Shown one piece after another: positions 25,432-25,991 of a stretch of DNA of 25,991 bases. The notes beneath the pieces are model-generated. The model did not search any database and had not been told where the DNA came from. It saw only the letters and a list, made by a program, of their open reading frames with translations. The stretch comes from an uncultured Myxococcales bacterium (GTDB lineage Bacteria; Myxococcota_A; Bradymonadia; UBA4248): assembly GCA_964454015.1 (NCBI GenBank), contig CAYVQF010000041.1, forward strand, positions 1 through 25,991, read 5' to 3'. A program made the translations under genes and the position numbers. Numbering within the stretch: position 1 is the stretch's first letter; each line of letters begins with the position of its first letter.

Positions 25432-25991
25432 TCAGCGCGTGCGCCCCCGTTGGAGGCCCTTGACCCGCTTGGGCGCACAGTCCTGGCCAGGAGGACAAGC
25501 GGCCTCGTCCTCGTCGTCTGCTTGGTCAGGATCCTCACTTTCTTCACCCTCTTGTGGGGCATCCTGACCTTTGGTCTGCCCTGGGCGCTTGATCTTACTG
25601 CCACGCTCGCGCGCCGGCGCCGGGTCAGCGGCCTTCTCGTTGCGCTCCCGTTCCAGGCGCTCCCGCTCGGCCTGCTCGTTGCGCTCCCGTTCTTTGCGCT
25701 CGCGTTCGGCCTGGGCTGCCCGTTCATGCTCCTGACGATCCCGCGCAGCCTTCTCGTTGCGCTCGCGCTCCTGGCGTTCCTTCTCGGCCTTCTCGTTGCG
25801 CTCCCGTTCTTTGCGCTCGCGTTCGGCCTGGCTTGCCCGTTCATGCTCCTGACGATCCCGCTCGGCCTTCTCGTTGCGCTCGCGCTCCTGGCGTTCCCGC
25901 TCGGCCTTCTCGTTGCGCTCCCGTTCTTTGCGCTCACGTTCGGCCTGGCTTGCCCGTTCATGCTCCTGACGATCCCGCTCGGCCTTCTCGT
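25432..25991 (-). CDS. E/R/K-rich tandem-repeat protein, C-terminal part (5' end lies beyond the window); a different frame from ORF-track 25416..25961
   Basis: Minus-strand frame with codon first bases at positions divisible by 3 is open from the window edge to the TGA at 25434-25432. It encodes ...RDRQEHERASQAERERKERERNEKAEKERQERERNEKAA... repeats, then ...EGEESEDPDQADDEDEAACPPGQDCAPKRVKGLQRGRTR*. Arg is encoded by CGN in this frame. The track's frame needs rare AGG/AGA codons and yields low-complexity SATRRP text. The frame contains no ATG/GTG/TTG, which would explain why the ORF finder did not list it. Confidence 0.55.
   Translation of the reverse strand, partial: EKAERDRQEHERASQAERERKERERNEKAERERQERERNEKAERDRQEHERASQAERERKERERNEKAEKERQERERNEKAARDRQEHERAAQAERERKERERNEQAERERLERERNEKAADPAPARERGSKIKRPGQTKGQDAPQEGEESEDPDQADDEDEAACPPGQDCAPKRVKGLQRGRTR
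25615..25991. repeat. 120-bp tandem direct repeats (at least 3 full units, continuing past window end)
   Basis: The unit ...cgttcatgctcctgacgatcccgc(t/g)cggccttctcgttgcgctcgcgctcctggcgttcc... recurs at about 25726, 25846 and 25966 with few substitutions. Confidence 0.8.

Noticed and set aside
25416-25961. 181-aa minus-strand ORF from the track (MNGQARPNVSAKNGSATRRPSG...)
   Set aside because: Wrong frame of the real repeat gene. It uses rare AGG/AGA Arg codons and gives low-complexity text. The adjacent frame encodes a coherent E/R/K-rich repeat with CGN Arg codons and a clean C-terminus.
1-25991. CRISPR arrays, tRNA/rRNA genes, IS elements or transposases
   Set aside because: No short regularly spaced direct repeats with unique spacers were seen. 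No tRNA T-loop or acceptor patterns outside coding regions. No transposase- or integrase-like ORFs. The only repeats are intragenic (5585..6360 and 25615..25991).

Overview
This is a high-GC (~68-70%) chromosomal segment with dense, C/G-ending codon usage. A MYXO-CTERM-like sorting tail, a Ser/Thr kinase with an FGE-sulfatase ectodomain and long spurious antisense ORFs together point to a Myxococcota-type genome. I support about 20 protein-coding genes. Housekeeping and metabolic genes: phosphoglucomutase, MurB, an acyl-CoA synthetase, a purine nucleoside phosphorylase, an ADP-ribosylglycohydrolase, an AOR-family oxidoreductase, a SAM-dependent methyltransferase and a POT-family peptide transporter. 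The most striking gene is a full-length bacterial homolog of the eukaryotic major vault protein (MVP; 12239..15094), with all MVP domains recognisable by eye. A small ORF follows it on the same strand, and a secreted-protein plus tandem-matrixin operon is transcribed divergently from it. Other unusual items: (1) a single ORF holding two matrixin-type zinc protease domains joined by an internal MYXO-CTERM-like tail and signal-peptide junction; (2) a membrane protein built from five near-identical ~55-aa repeats that are still visible as ~165-bp DNA repeats; (3) a partial E/R/K-rich 40-aa tandem-repeat gene at the 3' window edge, which the supplied ORF track reports in the wrong frame; (4) a receptor Ser/Thr kinase with a PBP1-like plus FGE-sulfatase ectodomain; (5) an anomalously AT-rich, hairpin-dense ~330-bp non-coding segment at the 5' end. 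No rRNA, tRNA, CRISPR array or recognisable IS or transposase was seen. Coordinates for refined starts come from ORF-track arithmetic. Product calls rest on motifs recognised by eye, not on database searches.
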